Assembly (NCBI GenBank): GCA_964016885.1
Contig: OZ024744.1
Location: forward strand, 101,122,001-101,186,000
Reading direction: 5' to 3'
DNA from: Eledone cirrhosa
Lineage: Eukaryota
DNA: 64,000 nt
Made by a program: the position numbers and the translations under genes. Positions 27,501 through 41,749 of this stretch are shown one piece after another. The stretch's first letter is position 1. Each line of letters begins with the position of its first letter. The notes beneath the pieces were generated by a model, which was given only the letters and a program-made list of their open reading frames with translations, searched no databases and had not been told where the DNA came from.

Positions 27501-30500
27501 GTCAGCTCCCATTTGGTGTAAAGGTTAACACTAAAGTTATTGTATATAGTTCCTAATTTGTACAGAGGCTGTTGTCAGCTCCCATTTGGTGTAAAGGTTA
27601 ACACTAAAGTTATTGTATATAGTTCCTAATTTGGACAGAGACTGTTGTCAGCTCCCATTTGGTGTAAAGGTTAACACTAAAGTTATTGTATATAGTCCCT
27701 AATTTGGACAGAGGCTGTTGTCAGCTCCCATTTGGTGTAAAGGTTAACACTAAAGTTATTATATATAGTTCCTAATTTGGACAGGCACTGTTGTCAGCTC
27801 CCATTTGGTGTAAAGGTTAACACTAAAGTTATTATATATAGTTCCTATTTTGGACAGGCACTGTTGTCAGCTCCCATTTGGTGTAAAGGTTAACACTAAA
27901 GTTATTGTATATAGTTCCTAATTTGGACAGAGATTGTTGTCAGCTCCCATTTGGTGTAAAGGTTAACACTAAAGTTATTGTATATAGTTCCTAATTTGGA
28001 CAGGCACTGTTGTCAGCTCCCATTTGGTGTAAAGGTTAACACTAAAGTTATTGTATATAGTTCCTAATTTGTACAGAGGCTGTTGTCAGCTCCCATTTGG
28101 TGTAAAGGTTAACACTAAAGTTATTATATATAGTTCCTAATTTGGACAGGCACTGTTGTCAGCTCCCATTTGGTGTAAAGGTTAACACTAAAGTTATTGT
28201 ATATAGTTCCTAATTTGTACAGAGGCTGTTGTCAGCTCCCATTTGGTGTAAAGGTTAACACTAAAGTTATTGTATATAGTTCCTAATTTGGACAGAGACT
28301 GTTGTCAGCTCCCATTTGGTGTAAAGGTTAACACTAAAGTTATTGTATATAGTTCCTAATTTGGACAGAGACTGTTGTCAGCTCCCATTTGGTGTAAAGG
28401 TTAACACTAAAGTTATTGTATATAGTTCCTAATTTGGACAGAGACTGTTGTCAGCTCCCATTTGGTGTAAAGGTTAACACTAAAGTTATTGTATATAGTT
28501 ACTAATTTGGACAGAGAGTGTTGTCAGCTCCCATTTGGTGTAAAGGTTAACACTAAAGTTATTGTATATAGTTCCTAATTTGTACAGAGGCTGTTGTCAG
28601 CTCCCATTTGGTGTAAAGGTTAACACTAAAGTTATTGTATATTGTTCCTAATTTGGACAGAGACTGTTGTCAGCTCCCATTTGGTGTAAAGGTTAACACT
28701 AAAGTTATTGTATATAGTCCCTAATTTGGACAGAGGCTGTTGTCAGCTCCCATTTGGTGTAAAGGTTAACACTAAAGTTATTATATATAGTTCCTAATTT
28801 GGACAGAGACTGTTGTCAGCTCCCATTTGGTGTAAAGGTTAACACTAAAGTTATTGTATATAGTTACTAATTTGGACAGAGAGTGTTGTCAGCTCCCATT
28901 TGGTGTAAAGGTTAACACTAAAGTTATTGTATATAGTTCCTAATTTGTACAGAGGCTGTTGTCAGCTCCCATTTGGTGTAAAGGTTAACACTAAAGTTAT
29001 TGTATATAGTTCCTAATTTGGACAGAGACTGTTGTCAGCTCCCATTTGGTGTAAAGGTTAACACTAAAGTTATTGTATATAGTCCCTAATTTGGACAGAG
29101 GCTGTTGTCAGCTCCCATTTGGTGTAAAGGTTAACACTAAAGTTATTATATATAGTTCCTAACTTGGACAGGCACTGTTGTCAGCTCCCATTTGGTGTAA
29201 AGGTTAACACTAAAGTTATTATATATAGTTCCTAATTTGGACAGGCACTGTTGTCAGCTCCCATTTGGTGTAAAGTTTAACACTAAAGTTATTGTATATA
29301 GTTCCTAATTTGTACAGAGGCTGTTGTCAGCTCCCATTTGGTGTAAAGGTTAACACTAAAGTTATTATATATAGTTCCTAATTTGGACAGGCACTGTTGT
29401 CAGCTCCCATTTGGTGTAAAGGTTAACACTAAAGTTATTGTATATAGTTCCTAATTTGGACAGGGACAATTTTCAGCTCCCATTTGGTGTAAAGTTTAAC
29501 ACTAAAGTTATTGTATATAGTTCCTAATTTGGACAGAGACTGTTGTCAGCTCCCATTTGGTGTAAAGGTTAACACTAAAGTTATTGTATATAGTTCCTAA
29601 TTTGCACAGAGACTGTTGTCAGCTCCCATTTGGTGTAAAGGTTAACACTAAAGTTATTGTATATAGTCCCTAATTTCGACAGGGACAGTTGTCAGTTCCC
29701 ATTTGGTGTAAAGGTTAACACTAAAGTTATTGTACATAGTTCCTATTTTGGACAGAGACTGTTGTCAGCTCCCATTTGGAATAAAGGTTAACACTAAAGT
29801 TATTGTATATAGTCCCTAATTTGGACAGGGACTGTTGTCAGCTCCCATTTGGTGTAAAGGTTATCACTAAAGTTATTGTGTATAGTTCCTAATTTGGACA
29901 GGGACAGTTGTCAACTCCCATTTGGTGTAAAGGTTAACACTAAAGTTATTATATATAGTTCCTAATTTGGACAGGCACTGTTGTCAGCTCCCATTTGGTG
30001 TAAAGTTTAACACTAAAGTTATTGTATATAGTTCCTAATTTGGACAGAGGGTGTTGTCAGCTCACATTTGGTGTAAAGGTTAACACTAAAGTTATTGTAT
30101 ATAGTTCCTAATTTGGACAGAGACTGTTGTCAGCTCCCATTTGGTGTAAAGGTTAACACTAAAGTTATTGTATATAGTTCCTAATTTGGACAGAGACTGT
30201 TATCAGCTCCCATTTGGTGTAAAGGTTAACACTAAAGTTATTGTATATAGTTCCTAATTTCGACAGGGACAGTTGTCAGTTCCCATTTGGTGTAAAGGTT
30301 AACACTAAAGTTATTGTACATAGTTCCTAATTTGGACAGGGACTGTTGTCAGCTCCCATTTGGTGTAAAGGTTATCACTAAAGTTATTGTGTATAGTTCC
30401 TAATTTAGACAGGGACTGTTGTCAGCTCACATTTGGTGTAAAGGTTAACACTAAAGTTATTGTATATAGTTCCTAATTTGGACAGAGACCGTTGTCAGCT

Positions 30501-33500
30501 CCCATTTGGTGTAAAGGTTAACACTAAAGTTATTGTATATAGTTCCTAATTTGGACAGAGACAGTTGTCAGCTCCCATTTGGTGTAAAGGTTAACACTAA
30601 AGTTATTGTATATAGTTCATAATTTGGACAGGGACTGTTGTCAGTTCCCATTTGGTGTAAAGGTTAACACTAAAGTTATTGTATATAGTTCCTAATTTGT
30701 ACAGAGACTGTTGTCAGCTCCCATTTGGTGTAAAGGTTAACACTAAAGTTATTGTATATAGTTCCTAATTTGCACAGAGACTGTTGTCAGGTCCCATTTG
30801 GTGTAAAGGTTAACACTAAAGTTATTGTATATAGTTCCTAATTTGGACAGAGACTGTTGTCAGCTCCCATTTGGTGTAAAGGTTAACACTAAAGTTATTG
30901 TATATAGTTCCTAATTTCGACAGGGACAGTTGTCAGTTCCCATTTGGTGTAAAGCTTAACACTAAAGTTATTGTATATAGTTCATAATTTGGACAGGGAC
31001 TGTTGTCAGTTCCCATTTGGTGTAAAGGTTAACACTAAAGTTATTGTATATAGTTCCTAATTTGCACAGAGACTGTTGTCAGCTCCCATTTGGTGTAAAG
31101 GTTAACACTAAAGTTATTGTATATAGTTCCTAATTTGGACAGAGACTGTTGTCAGCTCCCATTTGGTGTAAAGGTTAACACTAAAGTTATTGTATATAGT
31201 TCCTAATTTGGACAGAGACTGTTGTCAGCTCCCATTTGATGTAAAGGTTAACACTAAAGTTATTGTATATAGTTCATAATTTCGACAGGGACAGTTGTCA
31301 GTTCCCATTTGGTGTAAAGGTTAACACTAAAGTTATTGTATATAGTTCCTAATTTGGACAGGGACTGTTGTCAGCTCCCAATTGGTGTAAAGGTTAACAC
31401 TAAAGTTATTGTATATAGTTCCTAATTTGGACAGGGACTGTTGTCAGCTCCCATTTGGTGTAAAGGTTATCACTAAAGTTATTGTATATAGTTCCTAATT
31501 TCGACAGGGACAGTTGTCAGTTCCCATTTGGTGTAAAGGTTAACACTAAAGTTATTGTATATAGTTCCTAATTTGGACAGCGACAGTTGTCAGTTCCCAT
31601 TTGGTGTAAAGGTTAACACTAAAATTATTGTATATAGTTCCTAATTTGGACAGAGACTGTTGTCAGCTCCCATTTGGTGTAAAGGTTAACACTAAAGTTA
31701 TTGTATATAGTTCCTAATTTGGACAGGCACTATTATCAGCTCCCATTTGGTGTAAAGGTTAACACTAAAGTTATTGTATGTAGTTCCTAATTTGGACAGA
31801 GATAGTTGTCAGCTCCCATTTGGTGTAAAGGTTAACACTAAAGTTATTGTATATATATTTCCTAATTTGGACAAAGACTGTTGTCAGCTTCCATTTGGTG
31901 TAAAGGTTAACACTAAAGTTATTGTATATAGTTCATAATTTGGACAGGGACAGTTCTCAGCTCCCATTTGGTGTAAAGTTTAACACTAAAGTTATTGTAT
32001 ATAGTTCCTAATTTGGACAGGGACAGTTCTCAGCTCCCATTTGGTATAAAGGTTAACACTAAAGTTATTGTAGATAGTTCCTAATTTGGACAGAGACTGT
32101 TGTCAACTCCCATTTGGTGTAAAGGTTAACACTAAAGTTATTGTATATAGTTCCTAATTTGGACAGAGACTGTTGTCAACTCCCATTTGGTGTAAAGGTT
32201 AACACTAAAGTTATTGTATATAGTTCCTAATTTGGACAGGGGTTGTTGTCAGCTCCCATTTTGTGTAAAGGTTAACACTAAAGTTATTGTATATAGTTCC
32301 TAATTTGGACAGGGACTGTTGTCAGCTCCCATTTGGTGTAAAGTTAACACTAAAGTTATTGTATATAGTTCCTAATTTGGACAGGGACTGTTGTCAGCTC
32401 CCATTTGGTGTAAAGGTTATCACTAAAGTTATTGTATATAGTTCATAATTTGCACAGAGACTGTTGTCAGCTCCCATTTGGTGTAAAGGTTAACCCTAAA
32501 GTTATTGTATATAGTTCCTAATTTGGACAGAGACTGTTGTCAGCTCCCATTTGGTGTAAAGGTTAACACTAAAGTTATTGTATATAGTCCCTAATTTGGA
32601 CAGAGACTGTTGTCAGCTCCCATTTGGTGTAAAGGTTAACACTAAAGTTATTGTATATAGTTCCTAATTTGGACAGAGACTGTTGTCAGCTCCCATTTGG
32701 TGTAAAGGTTAACACTAAAGTTATCGTATATAGTTCCTAATTTGGACAGAGACTGTTGTCAGCTCCCATTTGGTGTAAAGGCTAACACTAAAGTTATTGT
32801 ATATAGTCCCTAATTTGGACAGGGACTGTTGTCAGCTCCCGTTTGGTGTAAAGGCTAACACTAAAGTTATTGTATATAGTTCCTAATTTGGACAGAGACT
32901 GTTGTCAGCTCCCATTTGGTGTAAAGGTTAACACTAAAGTTATTGTATATAGTTCCTAATTTGGACAGAGACTGTTGTCAGCTCCCATTTGGTGTAAAGG
33001 TTAACACTAAAGTTATTGTATATAGTTCCTAATTTGGAGAGAGGCTGTTGTCAGCTCCCATTTGGTGTAAAGGTTAACACTAAAGTTATTGTATATAGTT
33101 CCTAATTTGTACAGAGGCTGTTGTCAGCTCCCATTTGGTGTAAAGGTTAACACTAAAGTTATTGTATATAGTTCCTAATTTGGACAGAGACTGTTGTCAG
33201 CTCCCATTTGGTGTAAAGGTTAACACTAAAGTTATTGTATATAGTCCCTAATTTGGACAGAGGCTGTTGTCAGCTCCCATTTGGTGTAAAGGTTAACACT
33301 AAAGTTATTATATATAGTTCCTAATTTGGACAGGCACTGTTGTCAGCTCCCATTTGGTGTAAAGGTTAACACTAAAGTTATTATATATAGTTCCTAATTT
33401 GGACAGGCACTGTTGTCAGCTCCCATTTGGTGTAAAGGTTAACACTAAAGTTATTGTATATAGTTCCTAATTTGTACAGAGGCTGTTGTCAGCTCCCATT

Positions 33501-36000
33501 TGGTGTAAAGGTTAACACTAAAGTTATTATATATAGTTCCTAATTTGGACAGGCACTGTTGTCAGCTCCCATTTGGTGTAAAGGTTAACACTAAAGTTAT
33601 TGTATATAGTTCCTAATTTGTACAGAGGCTGTTGTCAGCTCCCATTTGGTGTAAAGGTTAACACTAAAGTTATTGTATATAGTTCCTAATTTGGACAGAG
33701 ACTGTTGTCAGCTCCCATTTGGTGTAAAGGTTAACACTAAAGTTATTGTATATAGTTCCTAATTTGGACAGAGACTGTTGTCAGCTCCCATTTGGTGTAA
33801 AGGTTAACACTAAAGTTATTGTATATAGTTCCTAATTTGGACAGAGACTGTTGTCAGCTCCCATTTGGTGTAAAGGTTAACACTAAAGTTATTGTATATA
33901 GTTACTAATTTGGACAGAGAGTGTTGTCAGCTCCCATTTGGTGTAAAGGTTAACACTAAAGTTATTGTATATAGTTCCTAATTTGTACAGAGGCTGTTGT
34001 CAGCTCCCATTTGGTGTAAAGGTTAACACTAAAGTTATTGTATATAGTTCCTAATTTGGACAGAGACTGTTGTCAGCTCCCATTTGGTGTAAAGGTTAAC
34101 ACTAAAGTTATTGTATATAGTCCCTAATTTGGACAGAGGCTGTTGTCAGCTCCCATTTGGTGTAAAGGTTAACACTAAAGTTATTATATATAGTTCCTAA
34201 TTTGGACAGAGACTGTTGTCAGCTCCCATTTGGTGTAAAGGTTAACACTAAAGTTATTGTATATAGTTACTAATTTGGACAGAGAGTGTTGTCAGCTCCC
34301 ATTTGGTGTAAAGGTTAACACTAAAGTTATTGTATATAGTTCCTAATTTGTACAGAGGCTGTTGTCAGCTCCCATTTGGTGTAAAGGTTAACACTAAAGT
34401 TATTGTATATAGTTCCTAATTTGGACAGAGACTGTTGTCAGCTCCCATTTGGTGTAAAGGTTATCACTAAAGTTATTGTATATAGTTCCTAATTTAGACA
34501 GGGACTGTTGTCAGCTCCCATTTGGTGTAAAGGTTAACACTAAAGTTATTGTATATAGTCCCTAATTTGGACAGAGGCTGTTGTCAGCTCCCATTTGGTG
34601 TAAAGGTTAACACTAAAGTTATTGTATATAGTCCCTAATTTGGACAGAGGCTGTTGTCAGCTCCCATTTGGTGTAAAGGTTAACACTAAAGTTATTATAT
34701 ATAGTTCCTAACTTGGACAGGCACTGTTGTCAGCTCCCATTTGGTGTAAAGGTTAACACTAAAGTTATTATATATAGTTCCTAATTTGGACAGGCACTGT
34801 TGTCAGCTCCCATTTGGTGTAAAGTTTAACACTAAAGTTATTGTATATAGTTCCTAATTTGTACAGAGGCTGTTGTCAGCTCCCATTTGGTGTAAAGGTT
34901 AACACTAAAGTTATTGTATATAGTTCCTAATTTGGACAGGGACAATTTTCAGCTCCCATTTGGTGTAAAGTTTAACACTAAAGTTATTGTATATAGTTCC
35001 TAATTTGGACAGAGACTGTTGTCAGCTCCCATTTGGTGTAAAGGTTAACACTAAAGTTATTGTATATAGTTCCTAATTTGCACAGAGACTGTTGTCAGCT
35101 CCCATTTGGTGTAAAGGTTAACACTAAAGTTATTGTATATAGTCCCTAATTTCGACAGGGACAGTTGTCAGTTCCCATTTGGTGTAAAGGTTAACACTAA
35201 AGTTATTGTACATAGTTCCTATTTTGGACAGAGACTGTTGTCAGCTCCCATTTGGAATAAAGGTTAACACTAAAGTTATTGTATATAGTCCCTAATTTGG
35301 ACAGGGACTGTTGTCAGCTCCCATTTGGTGTAAAGGTTATCACTAAAGTTATTGTATATAGTTCCTAATTTCGACAGGGACAGTTGTCAGCTCCCATTTG
35401 GTGTAAAGGTTATCACTAAAGTTATTGTGTATAGTTCCTAATTTGGACAGGGACAGTTGTCAACTCCCATTTGGTGTAAAGGTTAACACTAAAGTTATTA
35501 TATATAGTTCCTAATTTGGACAGGCACTGTTGTCAGCTCCCATTTGGTGTAAAGTTTAACACTAAAGTTATTGTATATAGTTCCTAATTTGGACAGAGGG
35601 TGTTGTCAGCTCACATTTGGTGTAAAGGTTAACACTAAAGTTATTGTATATAGTTCCTAATTTGGACAGAGACTGTTGTCAGCTCCCATTTGGTGTAAAG
35701 GTTAACACTAAAGTTATTGTATATAGTTCCTAATTTGGACAGAGACTGTTATCAGCTCCCATTTGGTGTAAAGGTTAACACTAAAGTTATTGTATATAGT
35801 TCCTAATTTCGACAGGGACAGTTGTCAGTTCCCATTTGGTGTAAAGGTTAACACTAAAGTTATTGTACATAGTTCCTAATTTGGACAGGGACTGTTGTCA
35901 GCTCCCATTTGGTGTAAAGGTTATCACTAAAGTTATTGTGTATAGTTCCTAATTTGGACAGGGACAGTTGTCAACTCCCATTTGGTGTAAAGGTTAACAC
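24560..36000. repeat. Tandem duplication of a ~5.5-5.8 kb block (75-80 monomers)
   Basis: ACAGAGACCG at 24641/30482 (offset 5841). TATATATATTTCC insertion at 26301/31850 and GTAAAGTTAAC deletion at 26791/32340 (offset 5549). GACAATTTTC at 29465/34941 and TTTGGAATAA at 29775/35251 (offset 5476). Confidence 0.9.
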
Positions 36001-39000
36001 TAAAGTTATTGTATATAGTTCCTAATTTGGACTGGCACTGTTGTCAGCTCCCATTTGGTGTAAAGGTTAACACTAAAGTTATTGTATATAGTTCCTAATT
36101 TGGACAGAGACAGTTGTCAGCTCCCATTTGGTGTAAAGGTTAACACTAAAGTTATTGTATATATTTCCTAATTTGGACAGCGACAGTTGTCAGCTCCCAT
36201 TTGGTGTAAAGGTTAACACTAAAATTATTGTATATAGTTCCTAATTTGGACAGAGACTGTTGTCAGCTCCCCTTTGGTGTAAAGGTTAACACTAAAGTTA
36301 TTGTATATAGTTCCTAATTTGGACAGGCACTATTATCAGCTCCCATTTGGTGTAAAGGTTAACACTAAAGTTATTGTATGTAGTTCCTAATTTGGACAGA
36401 GATAGTTGTCAGCTCCCATTTGGTGTAAAGGTTAACACTAAAGTTATTGTATATAGTTCCTAATTTGGACAAAGACTGTTGTCAGCTTCCATTTGGTGTA
36501 AAGGTTAACACTAAAGTTATTGTATATAGTTCCTAATTTGGACAGAGACTGTTGTCAGCTTCCATTTGGTGTAAAGGTTAACACTAAAGTTATTGTATAT
36601 AGTTCCTAATTTGGACAAAGACTGTTGTCAGCTTCCATTTGGTGTAAAGGTTAACACTAAAGTTATTGTATATAGTTCATAATTTGGACAGGGACAGTTC
36701 TCAGCTCCCATTTGGTGTAAAGTTTAACACTAAAGTTATTGTATATAGTTCCTAATTTGGACAGGGACAGTTCTCAGCTCCCATTTGGTATAAAGGTTAA
36801 CACTAAAGTTATTGTAGATAGTTCCTAATTTGGACAGAGACTGTTGTCAACTCCCATTTGGTGTAAAGGTTAACACTAAAGTTATTGTATATAGTTCCTA
36901 ATTTGGACAGAGACTGTTGTCAACTCCCATTTGGTGTAAAGGTTAACACTAAAGTTATTGTATATAGTTCCTAATTTGGACAGGGGTTGTTGTCAGCTCC
37001 CATTTTGTGTAAAGGTTAACACTAAAGTTATTGTATATAGTTCCTAATTTGGACAGAGACTGTTGTCAGCTCCCATTTGGTGTAAAGGTTAACACTAAAG
37101 TTATTGTATATAGTTCCTAATTTGGACAGAGACTGTTGTCAGCTCCCATTTGGTGTAAAGGTTAACACTAAAGTTATTGTATATAGTTCCTAATTTGGAC
37201 AGAGACTGTTGTCAGCTCCCATTTGGTGTAAAGGTTAACACTAAAGTTATTGTATATAGTTACTAATTTGGACAGAGAGTGTTGTCAGCTCCCATTTGGT
37301 GTAAAGGTTAACACTAAAGTTATTGTATATAGTTCCTAATTTGGACAGAGACTGTTGTCAGCTCCCATTTGGTGTAAAGGTTAACACTAAAGTTATTGTA
37401 TATAGTTCCTAATTTAGAGAGGGACTGTTGTCAGCTCCCATTTGGTGTAAAGGTTAACACTAAAGTTATCGTATATAGTTCCTAATTTGGACAGAGACTG
37501 TTGTCAGCTCCCATTTGGTGTAAAGGCTAACACTAAAGTTATTGTATATAGTCCCTAATTTGGACAGGGACTGTTGTCAGCTCCCGTTTGGTGTAAAGGC
37601 TAACACTAAAGTTATTGTATATAGTTCCTAATTTGGACAGAGACTGTTGTCAGCTCCCATTTGGTGTAAAGGTTAACACTAAAGTTATTGTATATAGTTC
37701 CTAATTTGGACAGAGACTGTTGTCAGCTCCCATTTGGTGTAAAGGTTAACACTAAAGTTATTGTATATAGTTCCTAATTTGGAGAGAGGCTGTTGTCAGC
37801 TCCCATTTGGTGTAAAGGTTAACACTAAGTTATTGTATATAGTTACTAATTTGGACAGAGAGTGTTGTCAGCTCCCATTTGGTGTAAAGGTTAACACTAA
37901 AGTTATTGTATATAGTTCCTAATTTGTACAGAGGCTGTTGTCAGCTCCCATTTGGTGTAAAGGTTAACACTAAAGTTATTGTATATAGTTCCTAATTTGG
38001 ACAGAGACTGTTGTCAGCTCCCATTTGGTGTAAAGGTTAACACTAAAGTTATTGTATATAGTCCCTAATTTGGACAGAGGCTGTTGTCAGCTCCCATTTG
38101 GTGTAAAGGTTAACACTAAAGTTATTATATATAGTTCCTAATTTGGACAGGCACTGTTGTCAGCTCCCATTTGGTGTAAAGGTTAACACTAAAGTTATTA
38201 TATATAGTTCCTAATTTGGACAGGCACTGTTGTCAGCTCCCATTTGGTGTAAAGTTTAACACTAAAGTTATTGTATATAGTTCCTAATTTGGACAGAGAC
38301 TGTTGTCAGCTCCCATTTGGTGTAAAGGTTAACACTAAAGTTATTGTATATAGTTCCTAATTTGCACAGAGACTGTTGTCAGCTCCCATTTGGTGTAAAG
38401 GTTAACACTAAAGTTATTGTATATAGTCCCTAATTTCGACAGGGACAGTTGTCAGTTCCCATTTGGTGTAAAGGTTAACACTAAAGTTATTGTACATAGT
38501 TCCTATTTTGGACAGAGACTGTTGTCAGCTCCCATTTGGAATAAAGGTTAACACTAAAGTTATTGTATATAGTTCCTAATTTGGACAGAGGGTGTTGTCA
38601 GCTCACATTTGGTGTAAAGGTTAACACTAAAGTTATTGTATATAGTTCCTAATTTGGACAGAGACTGTTGTCAGCTCCCATTTGGTGTAAAGGTTAACAC
38701 TAAAGTTATTGTATATAGTTCCTAATTTGGACAGAGACTGTTATCAGCTCCCATTTGGTGTAAAGGTTAACACTAAAGTTATTGTATATAGTTCCTAATT
38801 TCGACAGGGACAGTTGTCAGTTCCCATTTGGTGTAAAGGTTAACACTAAAGTTATTGTACATAGTTCCTAATTTGGACAGGGACTGTTGTCAGCTCCCAT
38901 TTGGTGTAAAGGTTATCACTAAAGTTATTGTGTATAGTTCCTAATTTGGACAGGGACAGTTGTCAACTCCCATTTGGTGTAAAGGTTAACACTAAAGTTA

Positions 39001-39430
39001 TTGTATATAGTTCCTAATTTGGACTGGCACTGTTGTCAGCTCCCATTTGGTGTAAAGGTTAACACTAAAGTTATTGTATATAGTTCCTAATTTGGACAGA
39101 GACAGTTGTCAGCTCCCATTTGGTGTAAAGGTTAACACTAAAGTTATTGTATATATTTCCTAATTTGGACAGCGACAGTTGTCAGCTCCCATTTGGTGTA
39201 AAGGTTAACACTAAAATTATTGTATATAGTTCCTAATTTGGACAGAGACTGTTGTCAGCTCCCCTTTGGTGTAAAGGTTAACACTAAAGTTATTGTATAT
39301 AGTTCCTAATTTGGACAGGCACTATTATCAGCTCCCATTTGGTGTAAAGGTTAACACTAAAGTTATTGTATGTAGTTCCTAATTTGGACAGAGATAGTTG
39401 TCAGCTCCCATTTGGTGTAAAGGTTAACAC
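35580..39430. repeat. Block duplication at 2,992-bp (41-monomer) offset: ~35580-36440 recurs at ~38570-39430
   Basis: GGACTGGCAC at 36029/39021, followed in both copies by TATATTTCC and CCCCTTTGG. 41x73 minus the 1-bp deletion near 37828 = 2992. Confidence 0.85.
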
Positions 39431-41749
39431 TAAAGTTATTGTATATAGTTCCTATTTTGGACAGAGACTGTTGTCAGCTCCCATTTGGTGTAAAGGTTAA
39501 CACTAAAGTTATTGTATATAGTTCCTAATTTGGACAGAGACTGTTGTCAGCTCCCATTTGGTGTAAAGGTTAACACTAAAGTTATTGTATATAGTCCCTA
39601 ATTTGGACAGAGACTGTTGTCAGCTCCCATTTGGTGTAAAGGTTAACACTAAAGTTATTGTATATAGTTCCTAATTTAGAGAGGGACTGTTGTCAGCTCC
39701 CATTTGGTGTAAAGGTTAACACTAAAGTTATTGTATATAGTTCCTAATTTGGACAGGGACAGTTGTCAGTTCCCATTTGGTGTAAAGGTTAACACTAAAG
39801 TTATTGTATATAGTTCCTAATTTGGACAGAGACTGTTGTCAGCTCCCATTTGGTGTAAAGGTTAACACTAAAGTTATTGTATATAGTTCCTAATTTGGAC
39901 AGAGACAGTTGTCAGCTCCCATTTGGTGTAAAGGTTAACACTAAAGTTATTGTATATAGTTCCTAATTTGGACAGGGACAGTTGTCAGTTCCCATTTGGT
40001 GTAAAGGTTAACACTAAAGTTATTGTATATAGTTCCTAATTTGCACAGAGACTGTTGTCAGCTCCCATTTGGTGTCAAGGTTAACACTAAAGTTATTGTA
40101 TATAGTTCCTAATTTGGACAGAGACTGTTGTCAGCTCCCATTTGGTGTAAAGGTTAACACTAAAGTTATTGTATATAGTTCCTAATTTGGACAGAGACTG
40201 TTGTCAGCTCCCATTTGATGTAAAGGTTAACACTAAAGTTATTGTATATAGTTCCTAATTTCGACAGGGACAGTTGTCAGTTCCCATTTGGTGTAAAGGT
40301 TAACACTAAAGTTATTGTATATAGTTCCTAATTTGGACAGGGACTGTTGTCAGCTCCCATTTGGTGTAAAGGTTAACACTAAAGTTATTGTATATAGTTC
40401 CTAATTTGGACAGGGACTGTTGTCAGCTCCCATTTGGTGTAAAGGTTATCACTAAAGTTATTGTATATAGTTCCTAATTTCGACAGGGACAGTTGTCAGT
40501 TCCCATTTGGTGTAAAGGTTAACACTAAAGTTATTGTATATAGTTCCTAATTTGGACAGGGACTGTTGTCAGCTCCCATTTGGTGTAAAGGTTATCACTA
40601 AAGTTATTGTATATAGTTCCTAATTTCGACAGGGACAGTTGTCAGTTCCCATTTGGTGTAAAGGTTAACACTAAAGTTATTGTATATAGTTCCTAATTTC
40701 GACAGGCACTGTTGTCAGCTCCCATTTGGTGTAAAGGTTAACACTAAAGTTATTGTATATAGTTCCTAATTTGTACAGAGGCTGTTGTCAGCTCCCATTT
40801 GGTGTAAAGGTTAACACTAAAGTTATTGTATATAGTTCCTAATTTGGACAGAGACTGTTGTCAGCTCCCGTTTGGTGTAAAGGTTAACACTAAAGTTATT
40901 GTATATAGTTCCTAATTTGGACAGAGACAGTTGTCAGCTCCCATTTGGTGTAAAGGTTAACACTAAAGTTATTGTATATAGTTACTAATTTGGACAGAGA
41001 GTGTTGTCAGCTCCCATTTGGTGTAAAGGTTAACACTAAAGTTATTGTATATAGTTCCTAATTTGGACAGAGACTGTTGTCAGCTCCCATTTGGTGTAAA
41101 GGTTAACACTAAAGTTATTGTATATAGTTCCTAATTTGCACAGAGACTGTTGTCAGCTCCCATTTGGTGTAAAGGTTAACACTAAAGTTATCGTATATAG
41201 TCCCTAATTTCGACAGGGACAGTTGTCAGTTCCCATTTGGTGTAAAGGTTAACACTAAAGTTATTGTACATAGTTCCTATTTTGGACAGAGACTGTTGTC
41301 AGCTCCCATTTGGTGTAAAGGTTAACACTAAAGTTATTGTATATAGTCCCTAATTTGGACAGAGACTGTTGTCAGCTCCCATTTGGTGTAAAGGTTAACA
41401 CTAAAGTTATTGTATATAGTTCCTAATTTGGGCAGGGACTGTTGTCAGTTCCCATTTGGTGTAAAGGCTAACACTAAAGTTATTGTACATAGTTCCTATT
41501 TTGGACAGGGATTGTTGTCAGCTCCCATTTGGTGTAAAGGTTAACACTAAAGTTATTGTATATAGTCCCTAATTTGGACAGGGACTGTTGTCAGCTCCCA
41601 TTTGGTGTAAAGGTTATCACTAAAGTTATTGTGTATAGTTCCTAATTTGGACAGGGACAGTTGTCAACTCCCATTTGGTGTAAAGGTTAACACTAAAGTT
41701 ATTATATATAGTTCCTAATTTGGACAGGGACTGTTGTCAGCTCCCTTTT

